A stretch of 52,510 nt of DNA. Origin: Candidatus Micrarchaeota archaeon. GTDB taxonomy: Archaea; Micrarchaeota; Micrarchaeia; Burarchaeales; Fermentimicrarchaeaceae. Within the stretch, counting starts at the first letter, position 1, and the number at the start of each line of letters is the position of its first letter. The translations under genes and the position numbers were made by a program. The notes under the pieces are model-generated. The model was not told where the DNA came from, searched no databases, and was given only the letters and a program-made list of their open reading frames with translations. Shown here piece after piece: positions 18,337 to 28,267 of this stretch. The DNA lies in assembly GCA_013425335.1 (NCBI GenBank), contig JACCLG010000046.1:1-52510 (forward strand). The letters run 5' to 3'.

Positions 18337-19566
18337 TTATCCACTGATCTTTCCCAACATGCTGAGGAACTTGATATACTCCCTCTCAAAATCCAGTATG
18401 TCCTCCTCGCTTCTCTTTACCTCCTCCTCGCACTCCTTGGCCTCAGCAAATAGCTTTACTAGGTCAGACCTTGGCCGGACTTTAAACCTTTGAATCCTTC
18501 GTGAGATGTTCCTAAGCTTATCCCACAGCAGCATTTTCACTTCCTCAAGGGACTGCAGCTCGCCCTCGGCCTCATCCTTGTACCTAACCCTCTCCTCGTA
18601 CTTCTGTATTATTTTGTGCAGCTCATCCAGCCCAACCCTGGCCTCTTTCCTGCTATTCTCAAGCTTGCCGTAGAGCTCCCTTTCAACCTTCTCTGAAACC
18701 GTGGTATCTGCCGAGTAAGTTTTATCCTTTATCCTTCTAAGCTCTTTACAGTTCCTCTCAATGGAACGAGTGAAATCCCCCCAAAGCTTGTTGATTTCCG
18801 AGCATTTGCCCCTTATTTCGTCACTCATCACGCCAGCCTGCTTTACAACCTCTTCGCTCGGCTCCTTCTGAGCGACTTCAACAGTGACTTTCGGCTCAGC
18901 AACTTTCTCTGGTTCCTCTTTTTTGACCAGAGGTTTCTCTACAACTTCCTCCTTCCTGCCGAAGCTCTCTTCAATAATTTCCTTCTCTCTTGCAACATGA
19001 GGCTCAGCAACTTTCTCTGGTTCCTCTTTTTTGACCAGAGGTTTCTCTGCAACTTCCTCCTTCCTGCCCGGAGTTTTTGGGATAGCTATCTTTATCTTTC
19101 CAAGCCCCTTCAAACTTTCTTCAACAGACTTTGTAAAATCCCCAAACAGCTTATTAACTTCCAGGCGTTTCTTTGTTTCATCACTCACTCCACCAATCTG
19201 CTTCCTAAGCCCCTCAGCAACCTTCTCTACTTCCTCTTTTTTGATAAGTCCCTCAATTTCCTCCCTGCTGACCCTAAGTTCCGCAATTTTCTTCTCTAAT
19301 TTCTCTTTTTTACTAGGAGCCTTCTTAGCAGCCGCTTCCTTCTTCACTGTATGCGTTTCCTCCTCCTTTTCCATATGCATAGCTTCCTTCTTCTCAGCAA
19401 CTTTCTCCTCTTTTTTACTGGGAATTTTTTGTGTAACATCATCTTTCTTGCTAAGGACTTTCTGAACAAGCTCCTCTTTCTTACTTAATTTTTTCTGCCC
19501 AACCTCCTCACTTTTGCTCTGGCGTTTTTCAGCTTCCTCCTTACTGCCTAGCTTTTTCTTGGTCAT
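18337..19566 (-). CDS. Hypothetical K/E-rich coiled-coil protein with internal repeats
   Basis: SKKEE repeats; duplicated GRKEEV.EKPLVKKEEPEKVAEP. Confidence 0.65.
   Translation of the reverse strand: MTKKKLGSKEEAEKRQSKSEEVGQKKLSKKEELVQKVLSKKDDVTQKIPSKKEEKVAEKKEAMHMEKEEETHTVKKEAAAKKAPSKKEKLEKKIAELRVSREEIEGLIKKEEVEKVAEGLRKQIGGVSDETKKRLEVNKLFGDFTKSVEESLKGLGKIKIAIPKTPGRKEEVAEKPLVKKEEPEKVAEPHVAREKEIIEESFGRKEEVVEKPLVKKEEPEKVAEPKVTVEVAQKEPSEEVVKQAGVMSDEIRGKCSEINKLWGDFTRSIERNCKELRRIKDKTYSADTTVSEKVERELYGKLENSRKEARVGLDELHKIIQKYEERVRYKDEAEGELQSLEEVKMLLWDKLRNISRRIQRFKVRPRSDLVKLFAEAKECEEEVKRSEEDILDFEREYIKFLSMLGKISG
18893..19068. repeat. 68-bp direct repeat (18893-18960 / 19001-19068), one mismatch
   Basis: Direct sequence comparison. 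Confidence 0.9.
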
Positions 19567-20180
19567 TTCTTTCCACTCTTTGCAGCTTCACCCTTCTGGA
19601 CTTCTGAGCAGATTTTTATGCTGTTCTGCAGTTCCTCGCCCATCTTCTGCAGTTTTTCGAGCTTCTTCTCGCTCTCCTCGACTCCTTTTTTAAGAGCATC
19701 AACATCCGAGACAAACTTCTCATTGCTGGACCTGCACCTGAAACACATCTCTTCATACTGCCTCTCAAGCTCATCCAGCTCCCTCACTCTCTGCCTCGCG
19801 GCTGCCATCTTGTTCTCAAAGAGCTTTGATACGCCCACGAATTCATCCCTCATATCGTCAAGTTCCTTCCCAACCCTCTCAAGTCTCTTTACCTGCGTTT
19901 CAACCTCCCTGGACATGGTCACCTGCATATCCGCTATGTCCTTCGCCCTCTTCTGCAATTCAACCTTCTCTGTGCCCTGCGATGTGATGTAGACTTTGGT
20001 AAACTGGTAATCTATCTTGACAATGCCCTCCTTCTCCAGCACCTTCGCCCACTCCTCCAAAATGCCCTGTGAAATTCCCAGCTCAACGGCCGCATCCCTC
20101 AGCTCAATTCTTCCCCTGTCGCGCACCAGCTTCATGAGACCGTCAACACCGGTGCTTAGGATTACGTCGTCATTAACCAT
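19563..20180 (-). CDS. Winged-helix plus coiled-coil protein associated with the pilus locus
   Basis: STGVDGLMKLV...AAVELG...LEEWAKVLEKEGIV HTH pattern; ATGA overlap with the next gene. Confidence 0.65.
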   Translation of the reverse strand: MVNDDVILSTGVDGLMKLVRDRGRIELRDAAVELGISQGILEEWAKVLEKEGIVKIDYQFTKVYITSQGTEKVELQKRAKDIADMQVTMSREVETQVKRLERVGKELDDMRDEFVGVSKLFENKMAAARQRVRELDELERQYEEMCFRCRSSNEKFVSDVDALKKGVEESEKKLEKLQKMGEELQNSIKICSEVQKGEAAKSGKK

Positions 20181-20262
20181 GTATGGATTTTCACTGTTAA
20201 TTATTAATAAAGGTTTAGGTATAATACCTCTAATATACGTCTAATGGGTAGCAGGTGGGAAA

Positions 20263-20538
20263 ATGGGAGAAGAGCTATTGGGAATTATACCGGTAAAGGA
20301 GGACCTTGGCGTAGTTGAAAGGTTCAAAATTGAGAAGATACTGTACGAGAAGTTCAAGGATGATGCAATCAAGGTCTACCTGTCTATAGACTCAAAGAAG
20401 AATGCAGAGGAGATAAAAACCGAGACTGAAATTCCGGAAGCGAAGTTTTTGGAGATGCTGGACTTCATGGAGAAGTCGAAGTTGATCCAGCTCAAAACAA
20501 TCTTTGAAATTGAGGTTAATAAAAAAGACAAGCGCTGA
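20263..20538 (+). CDS. Small winged-helix-like protein (single copy of the repeat in the next gene)
   Basis: LYEKFKDDAIKVYLSID.KK.AEEI...L.FMEK..LI. Confidence 0.6.
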   Translation: MGEELLGIIPVKEDLGVVERFKIEKILYEKFKDDAIKVYLSIDSKKNAEEIKTETEIPEAKFLEMLDFMEKSKLIQLKTIFEIEVNKKDKR

Positions 20539-20562
20539 TTTACCTTTTAGAAGTGGTTTGGG

Positions 20563-22059
20563 ATGGATAAGGATTCTCTCAAAAAGATACTTGAAAAGAA
20601 GCCCGAGGGGCCAATTGACAGGTACATGCATGAGAAGGACCTGTCGGATAAGTACGGGAACGAGGGAATTAGGATATACCTGCTTATGGACGGCCAGACC
20701 AGCGCTGAGGAGATAATGAAAAAAGTCGGCGTGGAGGAGAACAGGTTCATAGAAATCATCAATTATATTGAGAGCAATGGCATGCTAGAGACTGGAGAGC
20801 CGGTTTCCAAGCCTGCCGAGGTGCCAGCCCCCCCTCCCAAACCGCGCGAGGAGCCTGTCAAGCCTGTGGAGGAGTTCCCTCTCGCGAAGCCAAAGTTAGA
20901 GGTTCCATCAATTCCGCTGGTGAAGACAGAAGATGTTAATTTTAAAGAGGAGGAAACTCCGAAAGTGAATGAGCTGCCACTTGAGAAACCAAAAGAGGAG
21001 ATACCCTCCATCCCTCTGCTGAAGACTGAAGGAATTGTCGAGGCAGAGGAGAAGAGTTCAGCGCTCAAGGCGCTTGTCACTAGTGAAAAGCCCACGGAAG
21101 AGCCAGCCCAGCCCGCTCCAAGACAGAAAGCATACGGCAAGCCGCGCATCCCAAAAACCCCGCTTGAGAAGAAGCTCTATGCCAAATTCGGGGATGACGG
21201 GCTTTATGCGTATTCACTCATTGACGAGTTCAAAACTCCAAGGGAGATAGTGAAGCAGAGTGGGATGAGCGAGGAGCGGCTTAAGGAGATAATTGGATTC
21301 ATGAAGGATGAGGGCATAATAAAGCTTGAGAGGCCTCTCATTGCTCCGGTTGAGGCAATTCTTGCCGAGGAGAAGCCCACCCCTGAAAAACCCCAGGTGC
21401 AGCCTCCCAAGCAGGTCACTCCTTACCGCGCTCCGACTATTATAATCCCTCTGCAGCCGAAGTCGGCGCCTGCTCAAGCAAAGCCTGCTGAAACTTCCGC
21501 ACCGTCAAAGCCTGTTGTAGCCCAGCCAGTAAAACAAGTTGAGAAACCCGAGCCAAAAGCGTTGAAACCGCTTCCACTCAACAGGGAAGAGATATGCGTG
21601 CCGACTGCAGTTCCCATGAAACTTGTCAACAAGCTGAGGCTTGAGGGAGAGCTGCTCAGAAGATACGGAAACGAGGGCTCCAAGGTGCTCTCTCACATGA
21701 ACGGGAAGAAAGTCAATGTAAAAATTATGAAAGAGCTTAGGATGAGCCCGGCGAAGTTTGACGAAATAGCGTCATTCCTGCTCGATGGTGGAGCAATAAA
21801 GATTCAGTGCCTTACTCCTGACAACGTGAGGGAGCTTTACGGGGAGGAGGGGCTCTCCATATACAACAAATACGGAAGGGACGGCATTCTGCTCTACGAG
21901 TTCATAGACAAGAAATCAAGCCTGAAGGATATAGTAAAGATGAGCGGCATAGAGCCCAGGCTCGCAGTTGAGATATTCGCCTTCATACACAAGGTGCTGG
22001 GCCTTGACATACCCATAGACACGGAATTGCTCTACAAGCAGCTTGGAATAAAGCCGTAG
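20563..22059 (+). CDS. Multi-winged-helix repeat protein with P/E/K-rich linkers
   Basis: Four to five copies of K(Y/F)G..G...Y..ID...EI. Confidence 0.65.
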   Translation: MDKDSLKKILEKKPEGPIDRYMHEKDLSDKYGNEGIRIYLLMDGQTSAEEIMKKVGVEENRFIEIINYIESNGMLETGEPVSKPAEVPAPPPKPREEPVKPVEEFPLAKPKLEVPSIPLVKTEDVNFKEEETPKVNELPLEKPKEEIPSIPLLKTEGIVEAEEKSSALKALVTSEKPTEEPAQPAPRQKAYGKPRIPKTPLEKKLYAKFGDDGLYAYSLIDEFKTPREIVKQSGMSEERLKEIIGFMKDEGIIKLERPLIAPVEAILAEEKPTPEKPQVQPPKQVTPYRAPTIIIPLQPKSAPAQAKPAETSAPSKPVVAQPVKQVEKPEPKALKPLPLNREEICVPTAVPMKLVNKLRLEGELLRRYGNEGSKVLSHMNGKKVNVKIMKELRMSPAKFDEIASFLLDGGAIKIQCLTPDNVRELYGEEGLSIYNKYGRDGILLYEFIDKKSSLKDIVKMSGIEPRLAVEIFAFIHKVLGLDIPIDTELLYKQLGIKP

Positions 22060-22165
22060 GATTGACGGAAACCTACCCCTCCCCAACCTTTATAAGTATT
22101 GGAAGCAAAAAAATAGTGGCGATCAGGCAGAGGATGAAAAAACAGCAAAACATTCTGGGGAGCCC

Positions 22166-25100
22166 ATGGTTTACATAGAGAGAATCAAACTGAAGAGATT
22201 CAAGTCGTTCAAGTTCGCAGACATACCTCTCTCAAAGGGTTTTGTGTGCCTAGTCGGGCCCAACGGCTCTGGCAAGTCCAACGTATGCGACGCGATACGC
22301 TTTGCTCTGGGCGAGAACAGCTTCAAGTCCCTCAGGGCGAAGAAAGTTGCGGATTTGATAACCCGCGGCTCTGAGAAGGCTGAGATATACCTGCAGTTTG
22401 ACGGTGAGAAGAAGCACGAGCTGAAGAGGGCGATAAGGAATGACGGTAAAACCCTCTACAAGCTTGACGGGAAGAGGCTGACGCGAACAGATGTCCTTGA
22501 CGAGCTCTCCCGCATGGGCATAAGCGCAGGAGAACACAATGTGATAGCCCAGGGTGAAGTTGAGAGGATTGTGGACATCAACCCCAAGGAGAGGAGGGAG
22601 ATAATTGACGGCGTTGCAGGCATCTCCGAGTTCGAGGAGAAGAAGAAGGAGGCGCTTGCAGAGCTTGCCAAGGTTGAGCAGAAGATAAACGACGCCACGA
22701 TTGTTCTGAAGGAGAGGGAGGGCTTCCTCACAGAGCTGGAGAAGGACAAGAATGACGCCTTGAGATACAATGAGATAAACGCGGGCTTGAGGAAGTACCA
22801 GGGTTCCCTGCTTTTCATTGAGCTGAAGAAAGTTGAAAAGGAGTTCACACGGGCAACAAACAAGTATCTGGAGCTGAAGGGCCAGGAGGAGGAAGTCAAC
22901 AAGAAGGTTGTTGAAATTGATGCTAAGATAAAGGAGCTTGAGAACCAGAAGAACGGCATAACCCAGCAGATAAATGAAAAAGCAGAGAGGGAGAAGAACT
23001 CCCTTTTCAGCGAGGTTGAGCAGCTAAAAACTTCAATAAATTTGGCCTTGGGCAGCAAGGAGCAGAAGGAAAGGGAAGTTGAGAGGATAAAGCAGAGGAT
23101 AGGCTCTTTGGAGAACGAGAAAATATCGCTCAACGCGAAAATGATTCAGCTCGCGCAGGACTCAGCTGGGGTGAAAGAGAGAATATCCGATGTTGAGGGG
23201 CAGATTCTTGCATTCCTGAATGAGAGGGACAGGGCTTCCAAGGAGTCGGCTTTGGGCAGCAAATTCTACGAGGCAAAGCTGAAATCAAACAATTTACTTA
23301 AACAGCTTGAGGAGAGAAGGGAGAGGGTAAGAAAGCTTGAACTCGATGTTGAGAAGCTCGCCAGCAAGAAGAGTTTCGCCGAGATGGAGCTCAAGAGACT
23401 GGAATCCCAGGCTCCTGCAGAGAAAACTGAGAGGGAGAGCGAGATATCCCAGGATGCGGAGGAGCTGAGGAAAGCCAGCAAGGAAATAGATTCGCAGCTC
23501 AGCTCTCTTTTCGAGAAGGAGAAGGAGCTCAACCAGAAGCTCCCCACAACCGAGAAGATGCTGCTTGAGGTGAAGGAGAAGCATGTCAGCATAGCGAGCA
23601 AGCTGCAATTCCTGAAAGAGCTTCCCGAGAACCAGGGAGTGAGAGCCCTGCTCGACCTTAAGAAGAACGGCATGCTCCCAGGAGTATACGGAACTGTTGG
23701 AGAGCTGTGCAAATTTGATGACGAGTATGCAACTGCAATAGAGGCTGCGGCGGGCCACAGGATGAACTACCTTATTGTGGAGGATGTGGATACTGCGGCA
23801 AAAGCAATAGAATACCTGAAGAAAACGAAGGCAGGCAGGTGCACATTCATACCTCTTGACATCAATGCCCGCTTCATAACTGATGAGCAGAGGGCTTTGA
23901 GCAAGAAAGAGGGTTCCCGTGGCTTCCTGCTCGAGGTTGTGAGCTTCGACTCCAAATACTCCAATGTCTTCCAGTTTGTTTTCGGTGACACGCTTCTCAT
24001 TGACAGTATAGAGCGCGGAAAGAGGGTTGGAATTGGAAAAGCCCGCATGGTTACATTGGAGGGAGATTTGCTTGAGTCTTCCGGAGCCATAACTGGAGGG
24101 ATTTTGAAAAGGGTCTCCTCTCATGCAAAGGAGAGGGCAGAGGTTGAAAGACTTAACTCGGAGCTAGAAGCCCTCAAAGCTGAGAGGGATGGAATTGTGA
24201 ACTCTCTCTACTCCCTGAGGGAGGATATGAGCAAGAAGAGAAGGGAGAAGAGCGAGCTTGAGGTTAAGCTGAAGGGGTTTGAGCTGGAGCTTGCGCACAT
24301 TGCAGAGACAAGGAGCAAGGAGAGGAAGGGCAAGGAGACCTATGAGGCGAATCTTGCTTTACTAAGGCAGGAGATAGAAAGAAGCTCCAAAGAACTCTCA
24401 GAGAGGCAGGCGGACATTGAGAAGCTGAACTCAGAGATTGCAGAGCTCCAAAAAGCAAATGAGGATTCTCTGAAGCAGATAGACGCGGAGAAGGAGGAGC
24501 AGTTCAACAGGAAGATGCAGGAGTTCGAGAAGCAGCTCAACGGCTTCAACTCGACAAAGGCATCCCACGAAGCTGAACTGGCAAAATGCACAGCGGAGCT
24601 TGACGTGATGAGGAAGAGAGCGCAGAGCATTGACGATGAATGCGAGCCGCTCAGGAAGGATTTGAACGCCCTGAAGAGCGATGTGAAGGAGCTGGAGTCA
24701 TCCTTGGCTTCAAACAACAAGCTGTACGAAGAGAAAAGCGCGAAGATAAAGCACATCAGCAGCGAGCTGGAGAGATTGTTTGAAGAGAGGAACGTGATGG
24801 ACAGGCAGATTGAGGCGCTTGCTCTTGAGAAGGGCAAGAGCAGCTTCAACTACGAAAAATTCTTCAAGGATTTGACAAGGTACGAGATTATGAAATCCAA
24901 CCTTGAGACAAGGCTGGCGGACTTGAAGACTGAAAGCGCCTCTTACAATGATATAGAGCAGGTTGAAGGCGCAAAGGAGGATATTGAGGCAAAGATATCT
25001 GAGGGTGAGCAGCAGCTTGCAGCCCTCGGTAATGTCAACCTGAAAGCTCCTCAGGAGTATGATGAGAGAGTAAAGGAGATGAAGGAAGTCAAGGAGAAGA

Positions 25101-25618
25101 GCGAGAAGCTTGCCGAGGAGAGGAAGGCTGTGCAGAGCATGATTGATGAGATTGAGACGAAGAAGTCGGCAATATTCATGGAAACATTTGAAGTTGTGAG
25201 GGAGAACTTCGTGAAGCTCTATGGCTATGCCTTCAAGACAGGGGAGGGCGACCTTGTGCTGCAGAACCCCGAAGCACCTCTGGAGAGCGGTCTGCAGATT
25301 CAGCTGAAGACGGAGAAGGGGGAGCTGCAGTTCATTGAGTCCAAGTCAGGAGGGGAAAAGTCTCTGTTAACTCTGATGTTCATATTCGCAATCCAGATGT
25401 ACAAGCCTGCTCCATTCTACCTCCTGGATGAAGCGGATGCATCCCTCGACAAGGAGAACAGCCTGAAGCTCTCCCAGCTCCTCAAGGAGCTTTCCAAGAA
25501 TACGCAGTTCATTGTTGTGACCCATAATGATGCAGTTTTAACATCTGCGGATACGGCAATTGGAGTTACAAGGACAAAGGAAGGCTCAAAGATTGTGGGA
25601 GTGCAGTTCAACACGTAA
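22166..25618 (+). CDS. smc: Chromosome segregation protein SMC
   Basis: FKSF, GPNGSGKSN, IAQG, hinge (GVYGTVGEL, GRCTFIPL, TLEG...G.ITGG), SGGEKS, PFYLLDE. Confidence 0.97.
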   Translation: MVYIERIKLKRFKSFKFADIPLSKGFVCLVGPNGSGKSNVCDAIRFALGENSFKSLRAKKVADLITRGSEKAEIYLQFDGEKKHELKRAIRNDGKTLYKLDGKRLTRTDVLDELSRMGISAGEHNVIAQGEVERIVDINPKERREIIDGVAGISEFEEKKKEALAELAKVEQKINDATIVLKEREGFLTELEKDKNDALRYNEINAGLRKYQGSLLFIELKKVEKEFTRATNKYLELKGQEEEVNKKVVEIDAKIKELENQKNGITQQINEKAEREKNSLFSEVEQLKTSINLALGSKEQKEREVERIKQRIGSLENEKISLNAKMIQLAQDSAGVKERISDVEGQILAFLNERDRASKESALGSKFYEAKLKSNNLLKQLEERRERVRKLELDVEKLASKKSFAEMELKRLESQAPAEKTERESEISQDAEELRKASKEIDSQLSSLFEKEKELNQKLPTTEKMLLEVKEKHVSIASKLQFLKELPENQGVRALLDLKKNGMLPGVYGTVGELCKFDDEYATAIEAAAGHRMNYLIVEDVDTAAKAIEYLKKTKAGRCTFIPLDINARFITDEQRALSKKEGSRGFLLEVVSFDSKYSNVFQFVFGDTLLIDSIERGKRVGIGKARMVTLEGDLLESSGAITGGILKRVSSHAKERAEVERLNSELEALKAERDGIVNSLYSLREDMSKKRREKSELEVKLKGFELELAHIAETRSKERKGKETYEANLALLRQEIERSSKELSERQADIEKLNSEIAELQKANEDSLKQIDAEKEEQFNRKMQEFEKQLNGFNSTKASHEAELAKCTAELDVMRKRAQSIDDECEPLRKDLNALKSDVKELESSLASNNKLYEEKSAKIKHISSELERLFEERNVMDRQIEALALEKGKSSFNYEKFFKDLTRYEIMKSNLETRLADLKTESASYNDIEQVEGAKEDIEAKISEGEQQLAALGNVNLKAPQEYDERVKEMKEVKEKSEKLAEERKAVQSMIDEIETKKSAIFMETFEVVRENFVKLYGYAFKTGEGDLVLQNPEAPLESGLQIQLKTEKGELQFIESKSGGEKSLLTLMFIFAIQMYKPAPFYLLDEADASLDKENSLKLSQLLKELSKNTQFIVVTHNDAVLTSADTAIGVTRTKEGSKIVGVQFNT

Positions 25619-25678
25619 CTAATTATAAAATTTAGTAAGCAGCTTGTTAATTTCATAGAATTAGATTTGGGGTGATGG

Positions 25679-25707
25679 CAACATGTGGGGCAAAACCCCA
25701 CATGTTG
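25679..25707. other. Perfect 12-bp hairpin CAACATGTGGGG-CAAAA-CCCCACATGTTG
   Basis: Lies between the convergent smc and wHTH genes; terminator or part of an ncRNA. Confidence 0.6.
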
Positions 25708-25773
25708 GAGGTGAACTTATGGCCGAACCACCCCTTTTTATACAAAGAGATTTATATGGTCGTCTTGCCAGCA

Positions 25774-26151
25774 TCACTTCGCAAAGTAATAAACCCTCCT
25801 CCCAGCCTGCTTCTTCTCCAGCAGTCCCTGGGAATGCAGTCTGTTCAGCCTTGCGCTTGCAGCATTCTTCCCCCTGTAGTTGAATGCCCTCTGCAAATCC
25901 TCAGCGCATGCCTTTCCGTTCTTCTTCACAAACTCAATTATCCTCTCGTCAACATCACCAAGTATATCATCGGAAACTTCCTTGCCCAGCTCCCTCTCAA
26001 TCCCATCAAGCCTTTTCTCAATAGTGCCAAGCCTCTCGGAAATCTGTCCCAGGAGCTCCATCTCGGTTGTTTCCTTGATTTTTCTAAGTATTGTGGTTGT
26101 TTCCACGCTCCTTTTGTCAAGCTCCTTTACCTCCACGTCTGACATTGGCAA
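25774..26151 (-). CDS. Coiled-coil plus winged-helix DNA-binding protein
   Basis: IIEFVKK.G..CAEDL.....NAASARLNRL...GLLEK...GRRVYY. Confidence 0.7.
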   Translation of the reverse strand: MPMSDVEVKELDKRSVETTTILRKIKETTEMELLGQISERLGTIEKRLDGIERELGKEVSDDILGDVDERIIEFVKKNGKACAEDLQRAFNYRGKNAASARLNRLHSQGLLEKKQAGRRVYYFAK

Positions 26152-26166
26152 CTCCCTCCTGAGAGT

Positions 26167-26208
26167 ATCATGACTAAAGCTGGTTTAAATCATGACTGTG
26201 TCATGATT
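26167..26208. promoter_or_regulatory. Putative operator: AATCATGAC-tgt-GTCATGATT plus an extra ATCATGACT half-site
   Basis: Inverted repeat between the TATA box (about 26222-26229, minus strand) and the wHTH gene start. Confidence 0.55.
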
Positions 26209-26336
26209 AGAAAAGAAGAGGTATATAAACCTTGTGTTCTATCGTAAGATTAGTTTTCATATTTCAAATTTCAAAATTTCTCCGAAGTAGAATAAAAGCA
26301 TGCAAGATATTTAAATGGCTTCTGCCAAATCAAATC

Positions 26337-26888
26337 ATGAGCTTAACTGTGACAGAGGCTTTGAAGGAGATGCTCGTTGCACTCATGACAAATGAGCTCT
26401 CCCAGCTCAAGAAGATAAGCGACAGGTGCATCAGCTCATTCGCTCTGGGGGATGAGTCCGACCTGCTAGATGTTGCAATAATCTCCTATGTGCTTGCAAA
26501 GGTTCTTGAGAAGCCGCGCTACTGGGACAGAAAAATAAAGAAGGAGTTTGTTGAGAAGGTTGAGGAGAGCCTGCATAACGCAGTTGCATCCATTGATGAG
26601 AACAGGCTTGAAGACATGAGGGCGTACCTCAAATCCATCAGTGATGACCTGAAAGGCTTCGACACTGAGGACAGGAGGTATGTGAGTAGCCTTTTCCACA
26701 AGGCAAAGCTCAGGTCCGCCTCCTATTTATACGCACAGGGGTTCTCCCTGAGCAATGCAATTGAGCTCACGGGCACGAACAAGAGCGATGTGCTCAACTA
26801 CTCTGGGCAGACCCTGATGCACGACCGGGTTGGCAAAACAAAATCAATTGAGGAGAGGCTTAAAAATGTCAGGAAACTATTCCAGTGA
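26337..26888 (+). CDS. Hypothetical helical protein
   Basis: ATG 26337 about 22 nt after TTTAAA; coupled to the PIN gene. Confidence 0.6.
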   Translation: MSLTVTEALKEMLVALMTNELSQLKKISDRCISSFALGDESDLLDVAIISYVLAKVLEKPRYWDRKIKKEFVEKVEESLHNAVASIDENRLEDMRAYLKSISDDLKGFDTEDRRYVSSLFHKAKLRSASYLYAQGFSLSNAIELTGTNKSDVLNYSGQTLMHDRVGKTKSIEERLKNVRKLFQ

Positions 26889-27567
26889 AATACCGCAGGA
26901 CTCAATAGTCTGCGACTCTAGCTCCCTGCTATCCTTGTCTGACTCCTGCCTTCTCTGGCTGCTCTCGGATATTGTGGAGAGTTTCAAAGGCCACTTCCTA
27001 ATAACAAAAGCAGTGGAATATGAATCCGTGACGCACCCGCTTGAAATGAAATCCCACACCCTTGGCGCGGTGAGAGTTAAGAAGATGCTGCTTGATAGTG
27101 TGATAAAGGTTGTTGAAACTACAAACTCCAGAGCTCTCACCTCAGAGCTATCATCCCTGGGCAACAGCGTATTCTCCATCGGCGGAAGACCCCTGAAGCT
27201 CATCCATGAGGGTGAGACTGAAAGCCTTGCAGTGGCCATAGACCTCAACCTGCGTAACATACTCATAGACGAGAGAACAACAAGGATGCTCATTGAGGCT
27301 CCATTTGAGATGAAGGCTCACATGGAGGATGAATTTCAGAAGAAGATAGAAGTGAGCCAGAAGAACCTTGACAGGTTCCTTGAAATGACAGGGAAGCTCA
27401 ACCTGTTCCGAAGCGCAGAGATAGCAATGATAGGATACGAGAAAGGTTTATTCAAGGACTACACGGGAATGGAGAAGCGTGCAATAGAAGCCGCCCTCTA
27501 CGGGCTGAAGTTTGCAGGCTGCGGCATAAGCTTCAGCGAGATTGAGGAGTACTGCCGATCTATCTGA
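26866..27567 (+). CDS. PIN-domain-like protein
   Basis: IVCDSSSL, EYE, IHEGETESL, ILIDER acidic PIN motifs. Confidence 0.65.
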   Translation: MSGNYSSEIPQDSIVCDSSSLLSLSDSCLLWLLSDIVESFKGHFLITKAVEYESVTHPLEMKSHTLGAVRVKKMLLDSVIKVVETTNSRALTSELSSLGNSVFSIGGRPLKLIHEGETESLAVAIDLNLRNILIDERTTRMLIEAPFEMKAHMEDEFQKKIEVSQKNLDRFLEMTGKLNLFRSAEIAMIGYEKGLFKDYTGMEKRAIEAALYGLKFAGCGISFSEIEEYCRSI

Positions 27568-27581
27568 AGCAAGGTGATACC

Positions 27582-28265
27582 ACGGAACAGAGTTCCCTTA
27601 ATGAATTCTCCGAGAAGGAGAAGAGAAATTTCGTAGAGATACTTGTTGACGAGAAGGAGAGCAGGGGCGCCATTGCCGATATGCTGAAGGAGCTTGGGGC
27701 AGTTGTCAGGATAAAAACCCTCCCTGTTGGGGATTTCATAATATCCGATAGGGCTGTTATTGAGAGAAAGACTCGGAGCGATTTTGAGAGCTCAATAATC
27801 GACGGGAGGCTTTTCAAGCAGGCAGAAAACATGGTTGACAATTTTGAGAAATGCATAGTGATAATCGAGGGCGAGGGCTTTGAGGAGAGGGTGAACAGGA
27901 ACGCACTGCTTGGCGCCATATCTTCTCTTATACTTGATTACGGAATTCCAGTCTTCTTCACCAAGAACCTGGAGGGAACCGCGGAAATGATATTCGCCCT
28001 TGCGAAGAGGGAGCAGCTTGGCAAGGAAGCTGTTGTGAGGCTAAAGGGAAACAAAAAAGTTCACACAATGGCGCAGCAGCAGAGGATGATTGTAGAATGC
28101 CTGCCGGGGGTGGGCCCAAAGCTCGCAGTTGCACTTCTTAAAAAATTCAAAACAATCGAGAACATTGCAAAGGCAAATGAAAAGGAGCTGACTGAAGTGG
28201 AGAAGATAGGAAAGAAGAAGGCGAAATTCATAAAAAGAGCTTTGAGCGAGGAGTTCTGCGAGTAG
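27582..28265 (+). CDS. xpf: Short XPF/ERCC4 structure-specific endonuclease
   Basis: ILVDEKE, VGDF, IERKT..DF..SI.DGRL..Q, C-terminal HhH pair; probable ACG start at 27582 after GGTGAT. Confidence 0.88.
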   Translation, partial: TEQSSLNEFSEKEKRNFVEILVDEKESRGAIADMLKELGAVVRIKTLPVGDFIISDRAVIERKTRSDFESSIIDGRLFKQAENMVDNFEKCIVIIEGEGFEERVNRNALLGAISSLILDYGIPVFFTKNLEGTAEMIFALAKREQLGKEAVVRLKGNKKVHTMAQQQRMIVECLPGVGPKLAVALLKKFKTIENIAKANEKELTEVEKIGKKKAKFIKRALSEEFCE

Positions 28266-28267
28266 GC

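Noticed and set aside
25668-25740. Fluoride or c-di-GMP riboswitch
   Set aside because: Only GGTGATGG/GGCAAA fragments match; the required pairings are absent.
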